A stretch of 64,000 nt of DNA from an uncultured Candidatus Binatia bacterium (GCA_965218425.1 OZ244621.1:960001-1024000); one strand, 5' to 3'. Shown: positions 48,317 to 58,384, numbered from the stretch's first letter. Made by a program: numbers and translations. The notes: generated from the sequence alone by a model not told the origin.

Positions 48317-49339
48317 TTACCGATCTTTGAAGCGTGAGAAAATTCGGCGCGCGTTCCCTTCGTAGATCTGCCGGCGATGGTCGCCGGTCAACCAGTCAAT
48401 GCCGTCGATTACGAACTTCAGGTCGTCCATGGAACGGCCTGTCTCAGGGTCATTCGCCGTTCCTGTGCCCGGCCGTTCCGAGCCGAAGAGGCAATTCCGT
48501 GCGCCCGCCACTTTAAAGAGTAACTCGAGCCCTTCCTTGGAATAGAGCGCGGTATCAAAATAAAGCCGCCTGAGGCTTTCCTCGAAGCGCTCATCCAGGG
48601 CCCTGCGGCCGCTGCGATCGTAAAAGGCTCGAAAACGACCCAACTGATACGGGATGGCTCCACCACCGTGGCAAACGATCAACTTTAGATCTGGAAAATC
48701 AAGAAACACGCGCGACTCGAGCAAAGAGATAATTGCAATGCTCTCTTCGTTGATGAAATGCAGTGTATAGGGCTCACGTGGATTGCAGTACTGGGTGGAG
48801 TGAATCAGCGCCGGCACATCCAATTGAACGAGTTTCTCGTAGAGGGGATACCAATACTCATCGCCGAGGCCCGGAGGCGCCGGATAAAAGCCTTCCCCCG
48901 GGTCGGGGTTCAACAGACATCCGACGAAATCGAGCTCCGTAACGCAGCGCTCTAGCTCACTCACCCAGCTTTTTGGACTGGTCATGGGATTTTGCGGCAA
49001 ACCAGCCACGCCTCGAAAAAGACCCGGGTGCAGCTTGCACTGGCGGTGGATAACGTTGTTGACCTCTTCGATATACCAGCGGCCTATCCTCTCCGGCTGT
49101 TCGTGATGAGCCATGGAAATGGGCCTTGGGGAGAGGAACTGGATGTCAGTGCCGACTTCACGGACCTGATCAATGAGCGACTTTCCACGGAACGAGGGTT
49201 TGTTCAAAGGCTCATCGATTTCCTCATCGGAAAGCTTCAATGCACCCCGCCCATGGCTTCCTCTGAAGTTAAGATGACCCAGCCAGAAGGACTGAAGCTT
49301 GCTGGGGGCAAGATTGTGGCCGTGGACGTCAATGATCAT
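48317..49339 (-). CDS. Amidohydrolase_2 protein, LigJ (4-oxalomesaconate hydratase)-like
   Basis: MIIDVHGH, QFLSPRP, GLPQ, LERCVTELDFVGCLLNPDP, YWYPLYEKLVQLDVPALIH, HGGGAIPY, LFGSE. Confidence 0.8.
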   Translation of the reverse strand: MIIDVHGHNLAPSKLQSFWLGHLNFRGSHGRGALKLSDEEIDEPLNKPSFRGKSLIDQVREVGTDIQFLSPRPISMAHHEQPERIGRWYIEEVNNVIHRQCKLHPGLFRGVAGLPQNPMTSPKSWVSELERCVTELDFVGCLLNPDPGEGFYPAPPGLGDEYWYPLYEKLVQLDVPALIHSTQYCNPREPYTLHFINEESIAIISLLESRVFLDFPDLKLIVCHGGGAIPYQLGRFRAFYDRSGRRALDERFEESLRRLYFDTALYSKEGLELLFKVAGARNCLFGSERPGTGTANDPETGRSMDDLKFVIDGIDWLTGDHRRQIYEGNARRIFSRFKDR

Positions 49340-49425
49340 AGGAAACCTTCCGATGAGAAACGCAATTGCAGGGAGCGCAGAGGCCTGATTAATTCAGACC
49401 TCTGTACCAAAACTTAGAAAATGAT

Positions 49426-50526
49426 CTACGCAGCAGGTGCCGCGAGATTGCGGTAATGGTGCGATTTGGATACCGGCCCGATCCCCTGAATCAGTTTTTG
49501 CCAACGCTGCCCCTCATCGGTGCCGCAAAACACCTCACCATCCGTGGTGCCCGCAAACAGGGCAAATCCTCCGTTCCACACGTCCATGGCCATGGCCTCT
49601 ACGTTGCCACGGATATGCTCGGGCAGTCCCTCGCCTAAGACCTCCCAGCTATCGCCTCCGTCCTTGCTTCGGGCAATACGCGAATCAGCGGTGTGTGACT
49701 CCCTCCAGCTTCTGGGACCGGTCTTGGCGCCTGCGGTAAACAGGAGGCTACTGTTGTCTGGATGCACAAGGATTGGGTCCACATATCCAATCCTGAAATC
49801 CCTTGGCGTAAGGCTCTTCCAACTCTCACCGGCATTTTGACTGACACAGACCCCGGCAGTCACTGTCTCATCACAATTGGTGGTTGGCATGACCAGGTAA
49901 ACCTTTTTCGGGTCGGCAAGAGGGATCAGCACCCGGTGCGCGTCCGGATTCAGCCCGCAAGCCGTTGTCCAAGTCTTCCCTCCGTCCGTGCTTTTAAGGA
50001 CCCCACCCACCTCGACCGCGGCAAAGATCGTATCTGGATTAGTGGGATCAAAGGTTATGTCTTTCACGTGGGCCAGGTGAGGCTCACCGGGGAAGGTCCA
50101 CTTCTCCACACCAGGCACCTGACGCAAACCCGGGAGTTCGGTCCAGCTTTGACCCAGATCATCGCTGTAAAAGAGATGCGCCGGTTCGGTTCCGGCATAA
50201 AGCCTCGGACGCCCTCCCACTTGCTGAAATGCCAACGAGTAGATCTCCCGGTCTCCGATTCCTTTGTCCCTCCTCGCCCAATTCTTACCCAGGTCTTTAC
50301 TGGCATAGATGGAACGTCCGTAGGTACCCGCAAAGAGCGTCTCGCTGGCGGGTTCAAAGATAAGAGCGCTGATATGCTCTTCAGGTAAAGACGTCTGCTG
50401 CGAGCCCCAGGAATCGTTTTGGCGTGAGCAGGAAACTACCCCGTGGGCCGTGCCCACAAACAGCCGATCACTGGGTGACTCGCCCACCGTCATGGTTTGA
50501 CCTCCGGGCGATAAACAAATAGGCAT
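49426..50526 (-). CDS. BNR/Asp-box beta-propeller protein, no signal peptide
   Basis: Six Asp-box-like repeats (SKDLGKNW, SDDLGQSW, STDGGKTW, SQNAGESW, SKDGGDSW, TDEGQRW). Confidence 0.85.
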   Translation of the reverse strand: MPICLSPGGQTMTVGESPSDRLFVGTAHGVVSCSRQNDSWGSQQTSLPEEHISALIFEPASETLFAGTYGRSIYASKDLGKNWARRDKGIGDREIYSLAFQQVGGRPRLYAGTEPAHLFYSDDLGQSWTELPGLRQVPGVEKWTFPGEPHLAHVKDITFDPTNPDTIFAAVEVGGVLKSTDGGKTWTTACGLNPDAHRVLIPLADPKKVYLVMPTTNCDETVTAGVCVSQNAGESWKSLTPRDFRIGYVDPILVHPDNSSLLFTAGAKTGPRSWRESHTADSRIARSKDGGDSWEVLGEGLPEHIRGNVEAMAMDVWNGGFALFAGTTDGEVFCGTDEGQRWQKLIQGIGPVSKSHHYRNLAAPAA

Positions 50527-50635
50527 GGCACTACCTCCTTTCGTCTTCTTCGCTAGGGAAGGCTCCTTAAGGCCCTCGCTGGGGAGTTATATATTGGAAA
50601 GACCAAGAACTGTCAATTCTTCAAAAAAAGGAACT

Positions 50636-51721
50636 TCACGATAAACCGTAAAATGCCTGGGCGTTATCCTTGATGATCTTTTTTTTGACGCCATCGCTGA
50701 GGTCTGACCGACCCACAAACGTTTGCAGCGCGCGCACGTTGGAAAATGGGTCGGTATGCCCATAGTCCGTGCCAATGATCAGATTATCCTCGCCTGCGTG
50801 CTGCATAATGTAGGGTAGATGATCCTCGTACTCGCAGGTGACCCATACCCGTTTCATGGCTAATAACTCGGGCATCGAGCTCTTGGGAGTATTTGGACCA
50901 CGAATTACCCCTTCTAGAATCCAGACGAGCCACTGGGCACCGGCCTCGATGAAACCCACCTTAAGACGAGGAAACAGATCAGGGACTTCGCTCCGCATAT
51001 AAGAAAGGCATGCACCCACAGTGGGGAGCCTGAACGTCCAGAACAGGCTATGTTTTAGCAGTTCAACGTTAGTGGGATTACCATTGGCAATATGCACCGT
51101 TATGGGCATGTCCAGCCTCTGGGCCTCCTCGTAGAGCGGATAGAAGTAGGAATCCACCAGGTGATGGTCTCCCTCTATCGGTCGAAGGCAAATTCCTACT
51201 GCACCATGCTGTTTACACCAACGCACTTCTTCGATGGCGTCTGGGATACTGAGCGTGGGCGGCAAACAGCTCCAAAGCAATCGCCCTTTACCCCGTTTCC
51301 AGGTATCCGCAAGCCAATGATTGTAGCTTCGGCAAAGAGCTATTTCTGCTTCCGGGCGGCGGGTCACCTGTTCTATCCAAAGAGTGTTGTGGAGCACCTG
51401 GATGTCAATTCCGACCTGATCCATATGCTCCAACCGCAGATCGACCCTTGCCATCTCACGCGCCTCCGCGACGGTGTTCATGTCACGGCCCGTTCGCCGA
51501 GACAGTTCTTCCAACTCCTGTGCTGTCATACTCGGAAACCGAAAGCCCACCACTTTGTCGTGTAATATCCAATACTGTCGCCCGGGATCCTTTTCGGAGC
51601 CCACTAACTTTGGGCGGTATTGTTGCTCGGAAGGCTCCATATAGGACCATGTGTCTTCCGTCTCGATGACATGGGCATCGGAATCTATGGTCAGAACTTG
51701 TTCACCATCAATGGTCAGCAT
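50636..51721 (-). CDS. Amidohydrolase_2 family protein (close paralogue of 42767-43858)
   Basis: IDSDAHV, TVHIA, FIEAGAQW, GTDYGHTD. Confidence 0.92.
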   Translation of the reverse strand: MLTIDGEQVLTIDSDAHVIETEDTWSYMEPSEQQYRPKLVGSEKDPGRQYWILHDKVVGFRFPSMTAQELEELSRRTGRDMNTVAEAREMARVDLRLEHMDQVGIDIQVLHNTLWIEQVTRRPEAEIALCRSYNHWLADTWKRGKGRLLWSCLPPTLSIPDAIEEVRWCKQHGAVGICLRPIEGDHHLVDSYFYPLYEEAQRLDMPITVHIANGNPTNVELLKHSLFWTFRLPTVGACLSYMRSEVPDLFPRLKVGFIEAGAQWLVWILEGVIRGPNTPKSSMPELLAMKRVWVTCEYEDHLPYIMQHAGEDNLIIGTDYGHTDPFSNVRALQTFVGRSDLSDGVKKKIIKDNAQAFYGLS

Positions 51722-51949
51722 CGGTTTCCCTCCTAACCGGCGTCTCAGGCCTGAAGGTACTCAGGACAGGTTTGCTTAAGCGATGACACGCATTCCATAG
51801 GAATTGGAGACTAAAACAAATCAATCCGTGATCCTATAGGGACAGAGACTATTGGATAGGGGGTTTTATGTCAATCTGGTTTTTCGTCTGCACTCCCCAC
51901 GAGACGCTGCGAACGTCTCACACTACAAACCATCCCCCTGTAAAGTAGC

Positions 51950-51979
51950 TTGACATTAAAGGAACTGGCCATGTAACAT
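51950..51979 (+). promoter_or_regulatory. Sigma70-like promoter for the DoxX gene
   Basis: TTGACA - 18 nt - TAACAT. Confidence 0.45.
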
Positions 51980-52012
51980 CCCTCAAATTTTTGGTTCCAG
52001 AAAGGGATTTCA

Positions 52013-52432
52013 ATGAGCGTCGAGTTATCCTTCTCTCTTTTGGTTCTGCGGCTGGGGCTTGCGGTGACCTTCTTTGCCCATGGTTCGCAACAGTTTCTCG
52101 GTTGGTACGGCGGTCGTGGTTTCAAATCAACGATCAATAACTGGAAGGAAAAATATCAGATACCCATCCCCATTGGCGCAATCGGTGTCTTGACCGAATT
52201 TTTCGGCAGCTTTGCCCTGCTGGCGGGATTCCTCGTGCGTCCAGTGGCCCTGGGATTGACCATTTTCATGGCGGTGGCTATCTGGAAGGCCCACTGGGGG
52301 AACGGTTTCTTCCTGGCCCGTGGTCCAGGACAAGGGAGTGGTATCGAGTTTTGCCTGGCGCTGCTGCTCATGTCCCTGGCACTGCTCATTGGAGGAAGTG
52401 GCGCCATATCCCTCGAATGGCTGCTGAGTTAG
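52013..52432 (+). CDS. DoxX-family membrane protein
   Basis: LRLGLAVTFFAHG, EFFG, GFLVR, GIEF, GSGAISLE. Confidence 0.9.
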   Translation: MSVELSFSLLVLRLGLAVTFFAHGSQQFLGWYGGRGFKSTINNWKEKYQIPIPIGAIGVLTEFFGSFALLAGFLVRPVALGLTIFMAVAIWKAHWGNGFFLARGPGQGSGIEFCLALLLMSLALLIGGSGAISLEWLLS

Positions 52433-52577
52433 CCGCGGGACCCGAATCCTTTTTGCTGCTCGATTAGTCTGGTACCGGTTGAGTGGATTCTGTGGTACCC
52501 CTTATTATTGACACGGAGTTCTGCTGCCATCTACGGCCACTTCGAGGCCGTTGCACCGAGCTTCGGCTCAAAATCCT

Positions 52578-54011
52578 ATGGTCCAAAACAAACGCACACT
52601 TGGCTCTTCCCTGGCCCGCCCATGGGGCTTAGGCCTCTTCCTAGGGCTCCTGGGTTGGTCCGCTCTCGCCATGGCTGATCGCCTTGTGTTGATTTCTCCC
52701 CACTGGGAAGGCATCAAATATGAATTCGAGAGGGCATTCAAGGTTCACTATCAGCGTGAGACTGGACGGACAGTGGAGTTGAACTGGCTGGATGTGGGCG
52801 GCACCTCTGAGACTACTCGTTTTATTCGGTCAGAGTTCAAGAGCAAACCGTCGGGAATCGGTATTGATCTTTTTTTTGGCGGCGGCATTGACCCTTACCT
52901 GACCCTCAAACAGGCTGGCCTCCTGGAGTCCTATGCCTTGCCTCAAGCTCTGCTGAGCCAGATTCCTCCCCGATTAGGCGGCGTTCCCCTCTATGATCCA
53001 GGATTCCAATGGTACGCGGCCACCCTTGCAGGCTTCGGGATCGTTTACAACAAAGCCGTGCTTGAGTTAACCGGGCTACCGGTCATCACTACCTGGAAGG
53101 GATTGTCAGCGCCTTCCGCCTTCACCTGGGTGGGCTCGGCCGATCCGCGCAAAAGCGGCAGCGTCCACATGGCTTACGAGATTATCCTCCAAGCCTATGG
53201 CTGGAAAGAGGGTTGGAAAATTATTACTGGTATCGGGGCCAACGCCCGCAAATTCACCAACTCGGCCAGTCAGGTACCCAAGGATGTGGCCATCGGCGAA
53301 GTTGCCTATGGTTTGGCCATTGATTTCTATGCCTGGGCCCAGGTGGACGAATCGGGGGCCGATAAAATCGGCTATGTCATGCCCGATAACCTGACTAATA
53401 TCAACCCGGATTCCATCGGCATCTTGAAGGGGGCGCCCAACAAAGAGGTGGCCGAGGCCTTCATCCGTTTCGTGTTATCTGAGAGCGGCCAGAAGCTCTG
53501 GATCTTGAACAAAGGACATCCCCACGGACCCCACCGTTTTCAGCTCAATCGTTTCAGCGTCCTCCCTGGGTTGTACGGTAAGATCAAACCGCAGGATACC
53601 TCAGTTCAGTTTAACCCCTTCACCTGGCGATCTGACTTTAGTTTCGACGCCCAGGTGGGTTCCGTACGTTGGGGGATCGTGAACGATTTAATCGGTTCTT
53701 TGATCATCGACCAGAAGTCGTTCCTGGACCAGGCCTGGAGTGCCGCGCTGGCGGATGGTTTTACGGAGTCGGAATGGGAGCGGCTTGCCTCAATGCCGGT
53801 TTCGGAGAGTGAGGCCATGCGGCTGGCACGCGAAAAATGGCGAGACGCCGCTTTTCGTAATCAAACACTTAACGAGTGGGCTCTGTTCGCTCGAAATAAA
53901 TATCGCGCCTATTGGAGGCCGCCACTCATACGTTCGGAGTGGTTAACCCTGTTTAGCAGCCTGGCACTGGTCACCGGTTTGGTTGTTTACCTTTGGAGGA
54001 GGCCGGTGTAG
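52578..54011 (+). CDS. ABC transporter substrate-binding protein (AfuA/FbpA-like) with an extra C-terminal TM
   Basis: LVLISPH, DLFFGGG, ADPRKSGS, AIDFY, DSIGILKGAPN; C-terminal hydrophobic helix followed by RR. Confidence 0.85.
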   Translation: MVQNKRTLGSSLARPWGLGLFLGLLGWSALAMADRLVLISPHWEGIKYEFERAFKVHYQRETGRTVELNWLDVGGTSETTRFIRSEFKSKPSGIGIDLFFGGGIDPYLTLKQAGLLESYALPQALLSQIPPRLGGVPLYDPGFQWYAATLAGFGIVYNKAVLELTGLPVITTWKGLSAPSAFTWVGSADPRKSGSVHMAYEIILQAYGWKEGWKIITGIGANARKFTNSASQVPKDVAIGEVAYGLAIDFYAWAQVDESGADKIGYVMPDNLTNINPDSIGILKGAPNKEVAEAFIRFVLSESGQKLWILNKGHPHGPHRFQLNRFSVLPGLYGKIKPQDTSVQFNPFTWRSDFSFDAQVGSVRWGIVNDLIGSLIIDQKSFLDQAWSAALADGFTESEWERLASMPVSESEAMRLAREKWRDAAFRNQTLNEWALFARNKYRAYWRPPLIRSEWLTLFSSLALVTGLVVYLWRRPV

Positions 54012-54097
54012 TGCCACGTGAATCCTTTGACCATGGCTAGATCCGCGAACGACAACTGGATTTCAGTGCCCTTAAAGTTCTTCTGAAGGTTGCTCCA

Positions 54098-55201
54098 TTG
54101 GTAAACGTCAAGTTTGACTCCGTCACAAAGGTTCTGGGTCAGGTGAGGGCCGTAAACAGTCTGACCCTGGATATACAGCCCAGGGAGTTCTTCTTCCTAT
54201 TGGGTCCGTCGGGCTGCGGCAAAACCACAGCGCTGCGTCTGGTGGCTGGATTTTATACCCCGGACGAAGGGCGAATTATCTTTGACGGTCGGGACAAGAG
54301 CCGCGTCCCTCCCCATAAACGGAACACCGGCATGGTATTTCAGAATTATGCTCTCTGGCCACATATGGACGTGCAGAAAAACGTCGCCTATGGTCTCAAC
54401 CTTCGCAAGGTATCGGATAGCGAGAAGCAAAAGCGCGTACGCCGAGCCCTGGAAATCGTACGCATGGATCACTACGCGGAGCGTTTGCCCAATCAACTCT
54501 CCGGAGGCGAGCAGCAAAGGGTCGCCCTGGCCCGGGCGTTGGTCATCGAGCCTGACGTGGTTCTGCTCGATGAGCCCCTCTCCAATCTGGATGCCCACCT
54601 GCGCACCGAGATGCGCGCCGAGATCAAGCATATTCATACGCAGATCCAGCGGACCATGATCTATGTCACCCACGACCAGACCGAGGCCCTTTCCATGGCC
54701 GACCGCGTCGCTGTAATGCGAAGTGGGCGGGTGGTACAGGTGGGTCCACCGCGGTCCCTCTATGCCCGTCCGGAATCGTCCTTCGTGGCACGGTTCATCG
54801 GAGGGACCAATCTCCTGGAAGGAAAGGTGGAAGAGGCAGGCGATACCCTGGTGGTCAAAACCCCCGTTGGCATCCTGCGTGCCACATCCAGCCCGGCGAG
54901 TTTATCACGGGGTAACGCGGTCTATTGCTCGGTGCGCCCGGAGTCGCTGCAACTGGTAAATACGGGGTCACAGGCAAACAAGGACCAAGCCGCCGTGGAT
55001 AGTCCAATGAATCAACTGGTGGGCGAAGTAGAGAGCATCACTTACCTGGGTAGCAACGAACAGTACACGCTTCGTCTCGCTGACGGTTCCCCCGTGCAAG
55101 CGGTGCAATACAACTCACATGTCAGAAAAGCCGAGGTGGGAAACCAGGTGACGGTCAGATTCCAACCTGAGGATGTGGTTGTTTTACCGCAGGGGGATTG
55201 A
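54098..55201 (+). CDS. ABC transporter ATP-binding protein (PotA/FbpC-like)
   Basis: GPSGCGKT, LSGGEQQRV, LLDEP, YVTHDQ, TOBE-like tail. Confidence 0.95.
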   Translation: MVNVKFDSVTKVLGQVRAVNSLTLDIQPREFFFLLGPSGCGKTTALRLVAGFYTPDEGRIIFDGRDKSRVPPHKRNTGMVFQNYALWPHMDVQKNVAYGLNLRKVSDSEKQKRVRRALEIVRMDHYAERLPNQLSGGEQQRVALARALVIEPDVVLLDEPLSNLDAHLRTEMRAEIKHIHTQIQRTMIYVTHDQTEALSMADRVAVMRSGRVVQVGPPRSLYARPESSFVARFIGGTNLLEGKVEEAGDTLVVKTPVGILRATSSPASLSRGNAVYCSVRPESLQLVNTGSQANKDQAAVDSPMNQLVGEVESITYLGSNEQYTLRLADGSPVQAVQYNSHVRKAEVGNQVTVRFQPEDVVVLPQGD

Positions 55202-55202
55202 G

Positions 55203-56897
55203 GTGACTCAGTGGTTGCGGCGTTATGACCTGACTCCTGCCAATGGGATGGTTCTGATCCTGCTGGCGCTCTTCTTCTTCACCTTCCTGTTGTATCCCCT
55301 CTCCTACGTCTTCTCCAATGCCTTTTTCACGGGTGAAGGTTTTTCGCTCGTCTTCTTCCGGCTCATGCTGATTAACCCCAACTATCGCGAGGTCCTGGTC
55401 AACAGCGTTAATATAGGGCTGGCGGTGACATTGCTGACGACATTGGTCAGCTTACCCCTGGCCCTCCTCTTGGTCCGTTATAACTTCCCCGGTAAGGGAC
55501 TACTGACCGGGTTGATCTTGATACCCATGGTGCTGCCCCCGTTTGTGGGGGCCATCGGCATGCGCCATTTAATGGCCCGCTTCGGATCCATTAACCTGCT
55601 CCTTCTGGAACTGGGTGTCATTGACAAGCCCATCGACTGGCTCGGTGGCGGCTTTTGGAGCGTCGTCATCTTACAGGTGCTCCACCTCTATCCCATCATG
55701 TACCTCAACGTGGCGGCGGCCCTGGCCAATGTGGATCCAAGCCTCGAGGAAGCCGCAAGCAACATGGGTGCTAGCGGGTTCAAGCTGTTTAGGACGGTGA
55801 CCTTTCCTTTGATGTTGCCGGGCTATTTCGCCGGGGCCATCATCGTGTTTATCTGGGCCTTCACCGACCTTGGGACCCCTTTGGTCTTTGAATACCGGGA
55901 GGTCGTCGCGGTTCAGATCTTCAACATGGTGACCGATCTACATCAAAACCCCATGGGCTACGTCTTTGTCACCGCGGTGATAGGCCTGACCCTTTTCTTC
56001 TTTTACGTGACCAAGCGCTTAATCGGCACAAAGCGCACCGAGATGATGGCGCGAGGCCACGTAGCTTCCGCCGTTCGACCCGCATCATTCTGGGTCACCG
56101 TGCTGATTTACGGATTTGTGCTGGGGATTTCGGCCGTTGCCATGCTTCCCCACCTGGGAGTACTCCTTACTTCCATCACTGACCGTTGGTTTTTGAGCGT
56201 ACTACCAACCGAAGTTACCTTGAGGTTTTATGGCGACGTCTTCGCCCACGATCTGACGGTGCTAAGTATTAGAAACAGTCTCCTTCTCAGCAGTCTCAGT
56301 ACCGTTGTGGACATCATTTTAGGAGTTGGCATCGCATACCTGCTCACCCGAAAGCGGATCCCCGGAAAGGACGTGCTGGATAGCCTGGCCATGCTTCCCT
56401 TGGCCCTTCCCGGGTTAGTCATAGCCTTTGGATACGTTGCAGCATTCTCGGGCACAATGTTGGACGCTCGTGTGAATCCGATTCCCCTCCTCGTCATCGC
56501 CTATTCCGTCCGTCGACTTCCCTTCATGGTCAGGGCCGCCTACGCGGGATTTCAGCAGACCAACGTAGTCCTTGAGGAAGCGGCCATGAACCTCGGCGCC
56601 AGTCCCCTCAGGACCCTTTATCAGATCACCTTCCCGCTGGTGTTTGCCAACCTCATCGCTGGCGCCATCCTGTGCTTCTCCTTCGCTATGCTGGAGGTGA
56701 GCGACAGCCTGATCCTGGCCCTGCAAGAACAGCATTACCCCATCACCAAGGCCATATACGCCTTATTAAGACGGATCGCCGACGGCCCCTATATCGCCAG
56801 TGCCATGGGCATGCTGGGACTGTTCCTGCTGGCCGGCAGTCTCGTGGTGGCGGGCAGGTTTCTCGGCCGCCGGATGGGAGAGCTTTTTAGAGTCTAA
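55203..56897 (+). CDS. ABC transporter permease (FbpB/ThiP-like, duplicated TM module)
   Basis: Two EAA motifs (LEEAASNMGAS, LEEAAMNLGAS), about 12 TMs. Confidence 0.93.
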   Translation: MTQWLRRYDLTPANGMVLILLALFFFTFLLYPLSYVFSNAFFTGEGFSLVFFRLMLINPNYREVLVNSVNIGLAVTLLTTLVSLPLALLLVRYNFPGKGLLTGLILIPMVLPPFVGAIGMRHLMARFGSINLLLLELGVIDKPIDWLGGGFWSVVILQVLHLYPIMYLNVAAALANVDPSLEEAASNMGASGFKLFRTVTFPLMLPGYFAGAIIVFIWAFTDLGTPLVFEYREVVAVQIFNMVTDLHQNPMGYVFVTAVIGLTLFFFYVTKRLIGTKRTEMMARGHVASAVRPASFWVTVLIYGFVLGISAVAMLPHLGVLLTSITDRWFLSVLPTEVTLRFYGDVFAHDLTVLSIRNSLLLSSLSTVVDIILGVGIAYLLTRKRIPGKDVLDSLAMLPLALPGLVIAFGYVAAFSGTMLDARVNPIPLLVIAYSVRRLPFMVRAAYAGFQQTNVVLEEAAMNLGASPLRTLYQITFPLVFANLIAGAILCFSFAMLEVSDSLILALQEQHYPITKAIYALLRRIADGPYIASAMGMLGLFLLAGSLVVAGRFLGRRMGELFRV

Positions 56898-56971
56898 GCC
56901 TCCGCCAACGATTGGGGGCAATGAGCACCTTCCGTTGTTTCAGTGGCATGTGCTAAGTAGAATAAGACGGC

Positions 56972-57197
56972 AAACTCGAAATCCGAAATTCGAAACAAAT
57001 CCAAATGATTAAAAACATAAATTTCCGAAAATTCCGAACAATTTCGAACGGCAATATGGCAAACCGCCAAAACTAAAGGGTTGAACAGTTTAGGATTTTG
57101 GTAATTTGAATTTCGGCATTGTTTCGAATCTCGAAATTGGGATTTCGGATTTGCATCGTGGTTTGTTTAGGATTTCGTGCTTCGGATTTAGGATTTT
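56972..57197. repeat. AT-rich heptamer-periodic inverted-repeat element
   Basis: Left arm AAACTCGAAATCCGAAATTCGAAACAAA; two right arms TTGTTTCGAATCTCGAAATTGGGATTTCGGATTT and TTTGTTTAGGATTTCGTGCTTCGGATTTAGGATTT. Confidence 0.8.
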
Positions 57198-57254
57198 ACC
57201 TTCGGGGACGTTTCGACCGTCGCAGGTTTATAAGGTCATAAGGAGGACTCCTTT

Positions 57255-57998
57255 ATGTTTAAACTCGATCGTAAACTGAGTGCTGACGAGTTCATCCAGA
57301 CATTTCAGGACATCAATAAAAAGGACCACCACAGACCCCTTCACCCATGGGAAGAGCTTTTCAGAGAGGGAAAGTGCACCAAAGAGCAGCTCCAGGGTTG
57401 GGCAAAAGATAGGTTTTATTTTGTCCGGCAGGTGCCGGCCAAGGAATACAGCATCTTGTACAATTGTCCCTATCCCGAGGTGCGTAGACAATGGCTGCCC
57501 AAGGCCATCGAAGAGGAGGGAGAGGACCTCATCGGCAAGGAACACCTCCCTCACCCCGCATACTGGCTATGGCTTTGTGAGGCCCTGGGATTGAGCGAGG
57601 AGTTCGTCCGCGACTCCGACCCCCTGGCCGGGGTAAAGTTTGCGGTGGACGCCTTCTGCCAGATCGCGTTCAAGTCCTGGATTCTTGGTGTGGCCGTTTC
57701 GGAAGGACAGGATACGGCCAAGGCCATGACCAGAGACCTCGAAATATTCCGAAAACATTACAAATGGGTCTCTGACGATGCCCTGGAATTCTACAAGCTC
57801 CACTCCGAGGTTGATATGGACCACGGCAATCTCCGTTTGGAGATATTGGCCAAATACACTACCACAAGAGAGATGCAGGAAGACTGCATCAACGCGCAAC
57901 TCATAAAAAACGATATGAGGCGTGTAATGACCGATGCAATTCATATGGCCTACGTCGTCAAGGGGTTGACGTGTTACACCAAGGAGCCCTGGGAATAG
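57255..57998 (+). CDS. PqqC/TenA/CADD-like heme-oxygenase-fold protein
   Basis: QLQGWAKDRFYF..P.K...ILYNCP.PEVRRQW, WLWLCEALGL, KFAVDAF, FYKLHSEVDMDHG. AGGAGG RBS. Confidence 0.85.
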   Translation: MFKLDRKLSADEFIQTFQDINKKDHHRPLHPWEELFREGKCTKEQLQGWAKDRFYFVRQVPAKEYSILYNCPYPEVRRQWLPKAIEEEGEDLIGKEHLPHPAYWLWLCEALGLSEEFVRDSDPLAGVKFAVDAFCQIAFKSWILGVAVSEGQDTAKAMTRDLEIFRKHYKWVSDDALEFYKLHSEVDMDHGNLRLEILAKYTTTREMQEDCINAQLIKNDMRRVMTDAIHMAYVVKGLTCYTKEPWE

Positions 57999-58266
57999 GG
58001 GCATCACCGATCCTCGGCGCATCTAATCGGCAGGGGCCTTTCCTCTAGGTCTCACTCGTTGTTAAAAACGTCCTCGCCGTCCAGCGCAGCGTCCCGACCC
58101 CTCATGATATTTCTTCCTGCCGGGGCGGGGAACGCGATGGACGCATGGCCGATCAGGATCATGAGAAAGAACAAGGTACAAACGATTGATCTAATTGACT
58201 GACTTCTGATATTTAGCCTCTCTTAGATTTCGCGACCTTGATACAAGAGGACTTGCTCTTCCACAA

Positions 58267-58282
58267 CTGGTAAAATTACCAG
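58267..58282. promoter_or_regulatory. Palindromic candidate operator overlapping an extended -10 element
   Basis: CTGGTAA-AA-TTACCAG perfect 7-bp IR containing TGgTAAAAT; degenerate copy at 58291-58304. Confidence 0.45.
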
Positions 58283-58384
58283 ATTTTAAGGGAAAATTTA
58301 CTGGCTCTGTTAGAGAGATTCGCCCCTTGCTCAAGCCAGGCTCTTTAGGCTATGAGAAGAGAAAAAGCCCAAGGAGAGAAGCTT

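Noticed and set aside
58137..58202. Tiny ORFs after the PqqC-like gene as a PqqA-type precursor peptide
   Set aside because: No ExxxY motif and no good RBS.
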